Part shown: positions 21,794-32,381 of the stretch, piece by piece | How the letters are laid out: each line of letters opens with the position of its first letter | Position numbering within the stretch: position 1 is the first letter of the stretch | Assembly (NCBI GenBank): GCA_963677495.2 | Contig: CAXXOU010000001.1 | Location: 384,001 to 448,000 of the forward strand | DNA: 64,000 bases | Reading direction: 5' to 3' | Source of the DNA: Candidatus Cloacimonadales bacterium | GTDB taxonomy: Bacteria; Cloacimonadota; Cloacimonadia; Cloacimonadales; JAFGVF01 | Translations under genes and position numbers: made by a program | Notes under the pieces: generated by a model | Databases searched by the model: none | What the model was told of the DNA's origin: nothing | What the model saw: only the letters and a program-made list of their open reading frames with translations

Positions 21794-24700
21794 CTACTTC
21801 ATGAGTATCATTTTCTTAGTTTTTGTATATGTACCAGACTGCATCTTGTAGAAATAAACACCACTTGATACCTGGCTACCGTTATTATCTTCGCCATTCC
21901 ATACGATTGTATGTCTACCTGCTTTATAATCACCTTCAACTATACGATTAACTCTTTGTCCTTTAATGTTATAAACATCAATAGTAACAGCAGAGTTAGC
22001 CTTAAGGTCGAAGCTAATTGTTGTTTCAGGATTGAATGGGTTTGGATAGTTTCCTCTTAATGCAGTAGTCTCAGGAATAATGATTTGATCATCATCACCA
22101 AGAGTAGCACCGTCATTCATAACCATGATATCATCAATCATCATGAAGAATGTCTGACTTGAAACGCAATGGAAACCAACTCTAATTAGTTCATTAGCAT
22201 ATGCATCTAAGTTGTAATGATATGAATCCCAGTTAAGAGGTAACTCAAGTGGAGTGTCACCGGAAATGATAGTGAAATCACTTGGATCTGTTCCGCCCAT
22301 AGAGATACCGACTTCAAGTAGTTCAGGACCAAACTGAGTTGTATATGAACGTGCTTTGAAATCAAGATATGCTTCAACATCTGTTAACTGAATCCTAGGA
22401 GTTATCATCCAGTCATCATTAGAACCAGAATCAGCAGCAAAACATGCACCGTACTTATCTCCACTGAACGCATCAGCGAATTGAAGTGGTGGTGTAGTAC
22501 TGTTTGGATTGAAGATAACAAAAGACATTGGGTCGTTCTCACCAGGGAAGTCGATACCATTATTGAAACCATAAGTATCTTCGCCGTCTAAGTCTGCAAG
22601 AGTCCAATACATCATTTCAGTTGCAAAGTCCGCATAGCTTTCGAATGTTTCTGCAATGATAGGAGGGTCAACACCGATATAAGTTACCATAATAGAATCA
22701 CAAGGTGCTGATTCACCTGCAGGAGCAGAGTAAAGAGCAGTAATCTTGTATTCATAGGTCTGGTCAACTACAGGTTCAGTATCAAGATAGAATTGAGCCT
22801 GAACAGGTTCTGTGTTAATAACAACATCATCACGGTAAACATTATAGCCTTCAAGCTGTCTTGTAGCAGGAACTGGAGCGTCCCAAGCTAAATCAATACC
22901 TTGATATGTAATATTAGCAGTTAAGTTTGAAGCTGGGTCGAAACCGGATGGTTCTACAGGGTTATCTGTAGAGATCCAAAGTGAATAATCACCTGTATCC
23001 CAACGTGTAGTTGGAAGAGTATGATTCACTGTTTCTTCTTCGATAGGTTCTGATTTATTGAGCTTAGAGCTGAAAGTATTTTCTTGAGAAGCAAGAGTAT
23101 TTGAACTACTTCTCATACTTCTAGTTGCAGGAGCATTATCACTTCTTGCAATTCTAAGATAATAGAAACCTGATGCTGCTTCGTCAGGAACATCATATAC
23201 TAAATGAGGGCTTACACCATCAGTCCAGCTGTCATCATCAAATGCAATTGATGCGAACTCATCAAAAGTAAGATCTACATCATCATAAGGACCATAGAGG
23301 AATGCTGACAAGTCAGTTGAAGAACCTTCTTCAAGCTCAGTATGGATATCAAGTTGAGCAGGACCGGTTTGCCAGAATACATACCAGTCAACATCAGTTA
23401 CAGGTTCGATTATCTCAAGATAACCTTCGACATTTTCAATATAGAGAGCAAACTCATGTGCTTCATCTGAAGTATCATTTGAATCAGGAACATATCCATA
23501 ACCATGCATTGTAATCTCATAAGTATTACGGTCGTCCGGAATATAGTTATCAATGATAGTTAGCATTGCAGTTTTGTGTCCAACAGATGTAGGTGTAAAC
23601 ATTATATCCATTGTAGCTTCTGTGCCACCTGCAATACTAAGTGGATATGTATTGTTATCATTCATTGTGAATTGATCTGCATTGTCTCCACTAAGAACCG
23701 GTTGATCTGTAACAACGATTGTTGTGTCAGTGAAGTTACGCATTCTAAGTTCAAAGATATCAGAGTTGTTTCCTACAGTTACAACATCAAATTCGATATC
23801 AACAGGTAAGAATAATCCGTTGCCACCATCTGAGAGGTCACCAGGATTAAGAGCATAACAGAGAGCCATAGGATCGTTAAGAGGTCCACCTACTCCATTG
23901 TTGCGATATTGATGTCCAACTGTACCATCAGCATTCTCAATACCAATACAAGCATCACCAAGAATACTTGATGTACCTGTGTCTCCATTAGGGTTCACAT
24001 AGTTACGATATTGGATTTTAATTCTACCGGTTGGATAAAGAATGAGCTGAGTATCCATATATTCGGAAGCATCAGAATAATCATTCCACATCTCTACTGT
24101 ATACACGAAGTTACCCATATCATCCAAGCCATAATAGCAGTTGGAAGGGACATTAGCTGTATGAAGGTCTTGTGCGATGATTGCAATCACGTCATTTGGT
24201 GTTCCTGCATCAGGAATAGACATACTACCAGATGTTGATCCGGTAGGATTTGAGAACATAACTGAACCGTTTGTTCCAAGACTAATATCAGTATAGTCGT
24301 TACCGAAATAGTTAAAAGTAAATCCTATAGGAACAGTTGCATAACCATCATCTGCACTTGTATAAGTAGGGATAGAACCGGTAGCTGTTATATCTACCCA
24401 TTCAAAGATTGGTTGATGTCCTAAGCCATTTCCACTTGGAGTGCTATTAGCAAAGTAATAACCACCATAAAGAGTTCCATCACCACCGTAGTTCTGGTTA
24501 GAATTTGTAGTGAATGACCAAGTAGGGCAACTCACAGCATCACCAACAAAGTTATAAGGAATAACCTGCCAGTAGTATGTTGTTTCGAACTGAAGAGCAG
24601 TTGTAACATCATAAGAAGTAGCTGTGCCCATATCATCACCATTAATTGTATCTGTAGGTGGGTTATCTGTGCCAAGATAGAGTCTATAACCATCAGGGAA

Positions 24701-27493
24701 TTGACCACCATCAGCCCAAGTTAATGTTGGTGTTTCTATAACAGATTGTTCCCCATCAGCAGGAGCTACAAGAGTTGCCGGTAATGGTAGATCATTGAAT
24801 GTTGTAAATGACCATATTGGAGCATTAGGAGCATTACCAATTGCATTATAAGGAATAACCTGCCAATAATATGTAGTACCGGCTGTAAGACCTGAATAAT
24901 TAAGAGTTGTAGCCCCAGTTACATCTTCTTGATTAAAGATATCTGTTGGAGGGTTATCAGTACCAAGAGATACATAATAACCTGCTGCACCCATTACAAA
25001 ACTCCACTCAAGAGCAGCAGTCATTGCAACACCGGTTTCACCATCTGTTGGAGCTACAAATGTAGCAACACCAGGGGCAGTTCCATTATCCCAGAAAGAG
25101 ATATCATCTATAGCGATGTCACTGTAATAGTTATCACCTGTTACGCCACGGAATCTAACTTGAACAATATCACCAAAACCAGCTAATGGAATATCCATAG
25201 CTAGCCAGCTGTCACCTTGATTTCCGGTGATTGGTGTCATTACATCTTCATTCCACTGAGTACCATCCCAGATATCCACATGAAGTGTACCCATTGATTC
25301 ACCAAGCATGTGATACCAGAATGAACAGAATGGATTTGCAAGTGTTGTAATATCAACAGGAGGAGCAAGCAGGTCAAAACGTTGGTTTAAGTTACCTGAT
25401 GCTTCAGTGAAAACGAAGTTTCCAGCTCCTGATGTATGGTCACCGGCTTGTGGACCTGTATTTGTTGAAGGTGTAGAAGTACCTACACTCCAATCATTCT
25501 CATCTTCTGTTCCCTGTTCCCAACCGATAGGAAGGTCAGCACCTGAATCAAAGTTCTGTGTGTAAGGGAAGACAGAAACTGTATTATTGAAACCTTCACC
25601 TGTAAGGTTGATAGTGTAAGTTTGACGTGTAATATCATCTGTTACAGTGATAGTAGCAGGTAAAGGACCGTCATTTACAGGATTGAAAGTTACTGTGAAT
25701 GTTGCACTCTCAGCTGTGTTAAGTGTTAACGGATATGTATTGTTATCAGTTAATGTATAGTTAGCTGTATCATCAAGAACAACAGACTGAACATTCAATA
25801 CACCTGAACCTGTATTCTGCATTGAAATTGTTATAGGAGCAGAAGCAGTGTTAGTGTATAATGTACCGAAGTCATGATTTTCAGGGTTGATCATCATCTG
25901 AGCACCAGCTGGGATATCACCGAAGTATAATCTTGTGTTAGGAATAACACTTGGTGTATTTGAAGCTGTAGGTGGTGTTACAGGATCTGGATTAGTGCTA
26001 TCACTATAATAGTAGATAGAACGTGGATCTGTAACAGCAGTTCCGAAGAACTCTTCTGAACTACTACCATATGCAGGTTGATTTTCTTCAACTGCAATAA
26101 TGAGGTTATCAGTATTATTGTACACAAATGGCGTAGTTAAAACAAACTCAATCCAACCATCAGCTGGGATAGCAGGAAGTGATCCATTATATACTTCTGT
26201 TAACTGAGCAACAGGAGTCCAATCGTCATTACCTGCAAAACTACTGTTTGCTGTATGTCCCATATAAAGAACCCATTCAGTACTGTTATTAAGTGTTCCA
26301 CCATTATTATACTGATAATACACTTTCTCAATTCTTCTTCCTGGAGTGTTTATTTCACTCTGAAGATAGATAGTTTGTGAATAAGAGTAACCATAATATG
26401 GTTCGATTGGAAGGTGATGATTAATCTCAGTACCATTACCAATTGTAAGAACATCAGTTCCAAGAGTAGTTTGGAAAGACATTAAGTCTTCAGTGTCTCG
26501 TAAAGAAGTTGAGTTTTTAGAAACAACTTTCCAGTAATATGTAGTAGCAGTCTGTAAACCTGTTGGTGTATAAGAACCTGGTCCTGTAACAGCAGCATCA
26601 GTAACGATCTGATTTACAGGAGGGTCTACAGTATCAAAATAGAAATCATAAGTTTCAGCATTAGCTGCAAAGTCCCAAGTAATCACTTGATCAAGAGGAA
26701 CATTGAGAGCTGAGTTTGCAGGGTCTGCATTCTCAATATGTCCTGCAGACATATCAACTGTTGTGAAGCTCATACTATTCACAGTTTCAGTAGTTGTAAT
26801 CGAATTATGACATACAACGCGCCAATAATAAGTTGTAAACTCAACTAAGTCTGCTGCTGGAGTGTAACTACCGGTTGTACCCGAAGCAGCTCCGGTCACA
26901 ACCTGATTAACTGGAGGGAAGACTGTATCAAAGTACACATCATAAGTCTCAGTATCTGCACCAAAGTCCCATGTTAATGTTGGTAACAACGCAACATCAG
27001 TTGCACCATCAGCAGGATTAACATTAGAAATCAATTCAGGTGCATCTTCATCTGTAATAGGACCTGTTTGATCAGCAGAAATATTCAACGTAAATGTACG
27101 TGCATCTGTTGAAGAAGAATACTCATCAACAACAATGTAGTATGTCTGTCCTGCTGTCATGTCCATAATAATTTGTGAATCAGCTGTTCCCCCGGGACCA
27201 TCATCATCAAAAGCTAATTGAACTAAGTTTGCATCATAAACAAAAAGGTAACCATCCCAACCATTATATAAGGGATGTATATCGACATTTGTCAAGTTGA
27301 TAGTAGGAGTCATTTCCCACCACTCATCACGATACCTGTCGGCATTGTCATCAGTATTATCAATCAGGTCACCAGTGTCCGTAAAAGGTAACGCTGTTAC
27401 TACTGGGGCACCGACGTGGGTGTTAGTACCATCAGCAATTAAGCTGAGCACAAAGATAGTTGCTATAAGAACCAATAGCAATTTCTTACTCAT
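21794..27493 (-). CDS. 1899-aa secreted multidomain adhesin-like protein (PPC-like, Fn3-like repeats, ASH/choice-of-anchor D, MAM, cleaved-adhesin/choice-of-anchor J, FlgD-Ig/T9SS-like C-terminal domain)
   Basis: Signal peptide; four T.YYW.V repeats; MAM-like TPS..TGP..DHT.G.G...FWYHM.G..MG.L...SDIAIDDI; NDDWMITP; C-terminal GNYPNPFNPETTISF...SSGVYFYKM...KKMILMK. Confidence 0.85.
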   Translation of the reverse strand: MSKKLLLVLIATIFVLSLIADGTNTHVGAPVVTALPFTDTGDLIDNTDDNADRYRDEWWEMTPTINLTNVDIHPLYNGWDGYLFVYDANLVQLAFDDDGPGGTADSQIIMDMTAGQTYYIVVDEYSSSTDARTFTLNISADQTGPITDEDAPELISNVNPADGATDVALLPTLTWDFGADTETYDVYFDTVFPPVNQVVTGAASGTTGSYTPAADLVEFTTYYWRVVCHNSITTTETVNSMSFTTVDMSAGHIENADPANSALNVPLDQVITWDFAANAETYDFYFDTVDPPVNQIVTDAAVTGPGSYTPTGLQTATTYYWKVVSKNSTSLRDTEDLMSFQTTLGTDVLTIGNGTEINHHLPIEPYYGYSYSQTIYLQSEINTPGRRIEKVYYQYNNGGTLNNSTEWVLYMGHTANSSFAGNDDWTPVAQLTEVYNGSLPAIPADGWIEFVLTTPFVYNNTDNLIIAVEENQPAYGSSSEEFFGTAVTDPRSIYYYSDSTNPDPVTPPTASNTPSVIPNTRLYFGDIPAGAQMMINPENHDFGTLYTNTASAPITISMQNTGSGVLNVQSVVLDDTANYTLTDNNTYPLTLNTAESATFTVTFNPVNDGPLPATITVTDDITRQTYTINLTGEGFNNTVSVFPYTQNFDSGADLPIGWEQGTEDENDWSVGTSTPSTNTGPQAGDHTSGAGNFVFTEASGNLNQRFDLLAPPVDITTLANPFCSFWYHMLGESMGTLHVDIWDGTQWNEDVMTPITGNQGDSWLAMDIPLAGFGDIVQVRFRGVTGDNYYSDIAIDDISFWDNGTAPGVATFVAPTDGETGVAMTAALEWSFVMGAAGYYVSLGTDNPPTDIFNQEDVTGATTLNYSGLTAGTTYYWQVIPYNAIGNAPNAPIWSFTTFNDLPLPATLVAPADGEQSVIETPTLTWADGGQFPDGYRLYLGTDNPPTDTINGDDMGTATSYDVTTALQFETTYYWQVIPYNFVGDAVSCPTWSFTTNSNQNYGGDGTLYGGYYFANSTPSGNGLGHQPIFEWVDITATGSIPTYTSADDGYATVPIGFTFNYFGNDYTDISLGTNGSVMFSNPTGSTSGSMSIPDAGTPNDVIAIIAQDLHTANVPSNCYYGLDDMGNFVYTVEMWNDYSDASEYMDTQLILYPTGRIKIQYRNYVNPNGDTGTSSILGDACIGIENADGTVGHQYRNNGVGGPLNDPMALCYALNPGDLSDGGNGLFLPVDIEFDVVTVGNNSDIFELRMRNFTDTTIVVTDQPVLSGDNADQFTMNDNNTYPLSIAGGTEATMDIMFTPTSVGHKTAMLTIIDNYIPDDRNTYEITMHGYGYVPDSNDTSDEAHEFALYIENVEGYLEIIEPVTDVDWYVFWQTGPAQLDIHTELEEGSSTDLSAFLYGPYDDVDLTFDEFASIAFDDDSWTDGVSPHLVYDVPDEAASGFYYLRIARSDNAPATRSMRSSSNTLASQENTFSSKLNKSEPIEEETVNHTLPTTRWDTGDYSLWISTDNPVEPSGFDPASNLTANITYQGIDLAWDAPVPATRQLEGYNVYRDDVVINTEPVQAQFYLDTEPVVDQTYEYKITALYSAPAGESAPCDSIMVTYIGVDPPIIAETFESYADFATEMMYWTLADLDGEDTYGFNNGIDFPGENDPMSFVIFNPNSTTPPLQFADAFSGDKYGACFAADSGSNDDWMITPRIQLTDVEAYLDFKARSYTTQFGPELLEVGISMGGTDPSDFTIISGDTPLELPLNWDSYHYNLDAYANELIRVGFHCVSSQTFFMMIDDIMVMNDGATLGDDDQIIIPETTALRGNYPNPFNPETTISFDLKANSAVTIDVYNIKGQRVNRIVEGDYKAGRHTIVWNGEDNNGSQVSSGVYFYKMQSGTYTKTKKMILMK

Positions 27494-28030
27494 TTTATCC
27501 TCCTTAAATAAGAAATCCTAATTTTCCATGATAATGCAAAAGATTGGTTGTTTAATCTCCCTTTGCATTGCTAACGTTTACCTATCTCTCTAACCTCCGT
27601 AATTTTCTCTATTCTAAAAAATACTGTCAAATCCTTTTTAGTATCACCATACTGTGTAAACTCCTACAATATTAGTAGTTATAGTTATCAACAGTTCAAA
27701 TTCTCATTCGATTGAGCAGTTTACACATAAAAGTGTATCGTTTCCGCCTGAGTTTGCACTCTCTCCAAACTCATACAAGGTACTCCTTTTTTTTAATTTA
27801 TTAGATTTTATACAGTTAACTCCGTTGAGAAAAGTATCACTTAGATCAATCTTTCAACTCAATTCAAGCTTTGTTATCTTAATGCTTAGGTTCCTTTGCA
27901 ATATAATATAATATGATATGATTGGAGTTCAGGTGGATAAAGAATTGCCAATGATTTATATGAGAAACTAGTGTCTTATTTATAACTACCTTTACATTCT
28001 AGCATCTTCCAGCAGTAATTTGTGATTTTA

Positions 28031-28130
28031 GATTGGTTCTAACCTGGCATTACCTTGACTTATTCTTGGTAATTAGGCCAAGAATAGGCCAAGTGTTTGC
28101 CAAGTGTTTGCCAAGAGATTGCTAGGAATT
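28031..28130. repeat. Degenerate palindromic array with 11-bp period (core CTTGGC then GCCAAG)
   Basis: acctggcatta/ccttgacttat/tcttggtaatt then aggccaagaat/aggccaagtgt/ttgccaagtgt/ttgccaagaga/ttgctaggaat. Confidence 0.7.
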
Positions 28131-28155
28131 AATGCAGTAAGGTAAGGGATAAAAG

Positions 28156-28183
28156 AAAGGGCAGAGTTTATTCTCCGCCCTTT
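28156..28183 (-). terminator. Intrinsic terminator of PPIase gene
   Basis: AAAGGGCAGAG...CTCCGCCCTTT inverted repeat; T-rich tail on minus strand. Confidence 0.75.
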
Positions 28184-28204
28184 AAATGTATAAATGCTTA
28201 ACTA

Positions 28205-28951
28205 TTAAAGATATTCAACATTATGCTGATCTTTCATAGCAGCAATCTTAGCAACATAAGCTTCGCGCTGTTTCTGGCTGAGAAGATCTTTCTGAGCTTG
28301 ATCTTTAACTTCTTCAAATACAGCTTCTCCACCTTCAGTTTTACTGTTTAAGCGGATAAGATGGAAACCGAACTGTGTTTTAACAGGTTCACTGATTTCA
28401 CCTTCGTTCATTTCGAAAGAAACTGCATCATATTCTGGAACCATTTGACCTTTAGGATAGCTTCCTAAACGTCCACCGTTATCTTTAGAAGGGCATGATG
28501 AGTGCTCTTTAGCAGCATCTTCAAATGTAACTTCTTCATTAACGATTTTAGCTCTGATCTCTTTACATTGCTCTTCATCAGCAACGAGAATGTGGCTTGT
28601 ATCAGCAGTTGGCTGTTGTGCAAAGTTTGACTTTGCCATTTCGAAGTAGTTAGCTACCTCTTCGTCAGTTACCTGAACTGAGTTTACAAGGTTAGAAACG
28701 TTGATCTGAGTGAGAACCATGTCACTCATTTTTGCCATCTCTGATTTGTAAGCTTCTGTTTCGTTGATTTTATTTTCAACAGCATCAGCACAGAAAAGGC
28801 TCTGATTCACGAGTTCGTCAAGAATCTGCTTCTGTCCTGCTTCGCCCTGAAATTGAGCAGCGTGCTGTGGTCCTAATCTTTCCATGAAGATGTTAACATC
28901 GTTCTGAGTGATCTCTTTACCGTTAACTTTAGCTAAAACTTTATTTTCCAT
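28205..28951 (-). CDS. Parvulin (PpiC-type) peptidyl-prolyl isomerase, PrsA-like fold without signal peptide
   Basis: VLAKVNGKEIT, SHILV, FEDAAKEHSSCPS..NGG.LG, MVPEY, SEPVKTQFGFHLI. Confidence 0.92.
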   Translation of the reverse strand: MENKVLAKVNGKEITQNDVNIFMERLGPQHAAQFQGEAGQKQILDELVNQSLFCADAVENKINETEAYKSEMAKMSDMVLTQINVSNLVNSVQVTDEEVANYFEMAKSNFAQQPTADTSHILVADEEQCKEIRAKIVNEEVTFEDAAKEHSSCPSKDNGGRLGSYPKGQMVPEYDAVSFEMNEGEISEPVKTQFGFHLIRLNSKTEGGEAVFEEVKDQAQKDLLSQKQREAYVAKIAAMKDQHNVEYL

Positions 28952-29038
28952 TTTAGTACTCCTTTATTGGTCTTTCGGCAAAGAAATAGGAGTAGGTTTA
29001 TCTGTCAAACCATATACTGAGAAGGAGTTGTATTTACC

Positions 29039-30154
29039 CTATTCTTTGGGTGCCCAAGCAGGGTTATCCTCAGCTTCTATGCCTTTTCGTGTTAGAATAG
29101 CTTTTCGTCCTCCTAAAACTTGGACAAACAAGAAGGAGGTAGATAATGTGACAATCAGCCAGACGAGCTGATCGACTATAGATAAGCTCCTGCTGAATCT
29201 ATATCTTATGAAAACTCTATAAACTACAAAGAACGAAACCATCATCCACGCTTGTACCCTGAAGTACCAAGCTCTAAAGAGCACGATTGTGCCTGTATCA
29301 AACTCCTTAAATGGAAATAGGAATACAAAGGTGAAAACTATCATACCAATAATTAAATCAGGACCAGTTGCATACCAGTTTGATAGTGTTGATCCCAAAA
29401 AAAGATTGATTAAGAATCCTGAGCATATTAAAATTAAGTAAACTAATTTACCTAATACTGCTTCTAAATAGTACCCCATAAGAATTAGGAAGTACAAGTA
29501 AAAAACATGGAATAAGTTTCGGAATACGAAGAAAGATGTTAGTACATTCTGAACATTTGAATAGTCATTTCTTATATAGGGAATTGTTTTAAAAAGGACT
29601 AACAACGAAACTAAAAGAGTGCCTAATGCATAGATATAAGTGATGTATGCAGGTGTAGAGATATTAGGTGGATTGACCATCTCCGGGAAGAAGAAGTGCC
29701 TTGAAGTTCCGGGTCTTTCAGTTTCTCTGAAATGTTCATATCTTTCAGTCTTAACTCTGTCCATACGACGATGAGCATTAACTGCTTTCCTCTCAGTTGA
29801 TTTGCTGATTGGAACATTGTTCCTTGCTTTAAGTGGGTCATTAGGTAACTCAGAAACACTATCCTCAGGCATGAAGAAGTAGTTGCACATCTTGCAGACT
29901 TCAACCTTCGGTTCACCTTTGAACTCAGGGATTTTGAGTCCTGTCATCGGTTTATTGCAATTGGGGCAAGCATGAGAATCTTTGCCTTCGGAGAGTACCT
30001 TGTTCCTTAAGTGGAGTAGATTTCTCTCCTTCTTACCATTATTCTTTAAGTATGTGATGCTTGTATATGCCAACATACATTTAGGACAATGATATAATAT
30101 ATGCACATTATCATGTTTGGGCTCAAGCTCTGTGGTACAGACTGGGCATTGCAT
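29039..30154 (-). CDS. Double Zn-ribbon protein fused to rhomboid-like membrane domain, apparently lacking catalytic residues
   Basis: CPVC/CPKC and CPNC/CKMC pairs; TSFF....FH, G..LE..LG rhomboid pattern; GPD where GxSG is expected. Confidence 0.65.
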   Translation of the reverse strand: MQCPVCTTELEPKHDNVHILYHCPKCMLAYTSITYLKNNGKKERNLLHLRNKVLSEGKDSHACPNCNKPMTGLKIPEFKGEPKVEVCKMCNYFFMPEDSVSELPNDPLKARNNVPISKSTERKAVNAHRRMDRVKTERYEHFRETERPGTSRHFFFPEMVNPPNISTPAYITYIYALGTLLVSLLVLFKTIPYIRNDYSNVQNVLTSFFVFRNLFHVFYLYFLILMGYYLEAVLGKLVYLILICSGFLINLFLGSTLSNWYATGPDLIIGMIVFTFVFLFPFKEFDTGTIVLFRAWYFRVQAWMMVSFFVVYRVFIRYRFSRSLSIVDQLVWLIVTLSTSFLFVQVLGGRKAILTRKGIEAEDNPAWAPKE

Positions 30155-30267
30155 AACTCCTCCATTGATCAGACATCATCTATTACTGCAATTTCATGAA
30201 GTCTAATTTCTTACTCATTTCAACTCAAAAAAAGAACTTACTAAAACCAAAGAAGAGAGGAAAAGAG

Positions 30268-30786
30268 CTACATTTTAAAAATGATTCCTACAATTCCACC
30301 TGCAATAATTAGCCAGATAGGATTAATCTTTGTTTTCAACATTGCAGCTAAAGCCAATAGAAACATAATTATTGATGGAATGTTTATTAATGATACTCTA
30401 GCTAATATCAATGCTGCGGAGGCAATCAAACCAACAGTGACAGGACGTAGGATTTGGAATATGCTTTTCACTACTCTCGCTTCTGCAAAACGCATCCAAA
30501 GCATCGCAACTATGGATATGAAAATAAATGGAGGTAGTATCATACCTGTTGATGCAGCTAGTGCACCTGTGATGCCTGCCATCTTATATCCAACAAAGGT
30601 ACAAGAGTTAATTGCAATAGGTCCCGGAGTCATCTGCGAAATGGCAACCATATCAATGAACTCAGGTTGAGTCATCCAACCTTTACCAACTACTTCTGAT
30701 TCAATCAATGGTAGCATAGCATAGCCACCACCGAAACTGAACATTCCAATTTTAACTGATGTAATAAAGAGTTGCCAGAGAATCAT
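30268..30786 (-). CDS. chrA: Short-chain chromate transporter (ChrA family), second subunit
   Basis: FSFGGGYAM, SQMTPGPIAIN..TFVG. Confidence 0.9.
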   Translation of the reverse strand: MILWQLFITSVKIGMFSFGGGYAMLPLIESEVVGKGWMTQPEFIDMVAISQMTPGPIAINSCTFVGYKMAGITGALAASTGMILPPFIFISIVAMLWMRFAEARVVKSIFQILRPVTVGLIASAALILARVSLINIPSIIMFLLALAAMLKTKINPIWLIIAGGIVGIIFKM

Positions 30787-31316
30787 TTCTTACCCTTCAC
30801 AGCTTGGATGATTATGCCAACCAGGATTGCAGAGAGAATGACATAGATGGGTGAAACTCCCAGGAAGGCAACAATACTAAAAGCAACAGCTCCTAAAGCA
30901 TAACCATAAGCCTTCTGTTTCTTACCCATTCTAATAACAGCCGAAACAATTAGTGCTGTTACTACAGGTCTTATACCTGAGAACGCATGATTTAGTACCT
31001 CTGCACCATAAAACTTAGTGAAGAGAGCTCCAATGATAGTCATAATAATAATCGAAGGGAGAACTGCACCAAGAGTAGTTACTATTGCTCCCGGATACTT
31101 CTTAAGGCGATATCCTGTTAGAACTGCAATATTAACTGCTATTGGCCCGGGGGCAGATTGAGATAAGGCTGTGCTATTAAGAAAGTCCTCTTCTGAAAGC
31201 CAATTATGCTTATCCACTACTTCATGCTGGATAAGTGGGAGCATAGCATAGCCACCACCAATAGTGAACGCACCGATGCGAAAGAAGGTTTGAAATAAGT
31301 TAAGATAGATATTCAT
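30783..31316 (-). CDS. chrA: Short-chain chromate transporter (ChrA family), first subunit
   Basis: FTIGGGYAM, SQSAPGPIAVN, G..LPS. Confidence 0.9.
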   Translation of the reverse strand: MNIYLNLFQTFFRIGAFTIGGGYAMLPLIQHEVVDKHNWLSEEDFLNSTALSQSAPGPIAVNIAVLTGYRLKKYPGAIVTTLGAVLPSIIIMTIIGALFTKFYGAEVLNHAFSGIRPVVTALIVSAVIRMGKKQKAYGYALGAVAFSIVAFLGVSPIYVILSAILVGIIIQAVKGKK

Positions 31317-31319
31317 CTG

Positions 31320-32366
31320 TTATCGGATTATTCCACCACCAATAAGAGTCTCACCACGATAGAAGACAGCTGACTGTCCAGGGGTAATTGCCTTTTTAGC
31401 TTTAGCCATAACAACTTCAAATACAGGTCCTTTTTTTGCCAGCGATTCAACCTTTACGGGAGCACTATTATAGCGTATCTGCACTGTAACATCTTTCAAA
31501 TCTCGTGGTCTCTTACCAAACCAGTTTACATCTGAGATATAGAACTTATCCTGAAGCAGGTCATCCGGATTATCTGTAACAATAACTCGATTCTTACGTG
31601 CATCCAGTTTAAGTACGTACAAGGGGTCAGACCAAGGAGTATTCAAGCCTTTTCTCTGCCCAATAGTATAAAGAGGAAGTCCAAAGTGTTTACCAATGAC
31701 CTTCCCATTTGGAAGCACTATATCTCCCGGTTCCATCATTATCTCCTGCTTAAGGAAATCCTGATATTTACCCGGTATAAAGCAAATCTCCTGACTGTCT
31801 TTTTTAGAAGCAACAGGTAGTCCTGCCAAAATAGCAAGTTTTCTTATCTCATCTTTAGTCATCGTCCCGACAGGAAACATAGTTCTTGCAAGCTGCTCTT
31901 GAGATAATCCCCAAAGCATATATGTCTGATCTTTACCTTTATCGATTCCTTCTTGAAGGTAGAATATACCATCCTCTTCAAGAATCCTGGCATAATGACC
32001 GGTAGCTACTTTATCAGCACCAAGTTCCAATATAGCATTAAGAAATGCTCCCCATTTAATAGTAGGATTACACAAAGTACAAGGATTAGGAGTTCTTGCA
32101 GATTTATACTCTTCTACAAATTGCTTCACCACAATCTCGTCAAACTTATCTCTGAGGTCTATTACATGATGCTCAATTCCTAGGAAGTCAGCTACTTTTC
32201 GTGCATCTCTGATAGCTTGCTCTATTCCCGCATGCTCTTCATAACCAAATCTCTTGTCATCAAACTGACGCATAGTAAAGCCAACAATCTCATGCCCCGT
32301 ATTCAAAAGGAGTTGTGCTGCTGCTGAGCTATCAACTCCACCACTCATTGCAACTGCTATTTTCAT
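31320..32366 (-). CDS. mnmA: tRNA 2-thiouridine(34) synthase
   Basis: SGGVDSS, TPNPC..CN..IKW, ATGHYAR, KDQTY.L, DSQEICF, TPGQ. Confidence 0.97.
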   Translation of the reverse strand: MKIAVAMSGGVDSSAAAQLLLNTGHEIVGFTMRQFDDKRFGYEEHAGIEQAIRDARKVADFLGIEHHVIDLRDKFDEIVVKQFVEEYKSARTPNPCTLCNPTIKWGAFLNAILELGADKVATGHYARILEEDGIFYLQEGIDKGKDQTYMLWGLSQEQLARTMFPVGTMTKDEIRKLAILAGLPVASKKDSQEICFIPGKYQDFLKQEIMMEPGDIVLPNGKVIGKHFGLPLYTIGQRKGLNTPWSDPLYVLKLDARKNRVIVTDNPDDLLQDKFYISDVNWFGKRPRDLKDVTVQIRYNSAPVKVESLAKKGPVFEVVMAKAKKAITPGQSAVFYRGETLIGGGIIR

Positions 32367-32381
32367 GTATATATCCTCAAT

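Noticed and set aside
27500..28030. Riboswitch upstream of the 1899-aa gene
   Set aside because: Hairpins exist (27535-27567, ~27748-27772) but I could not match the conserved core of any known aptamer
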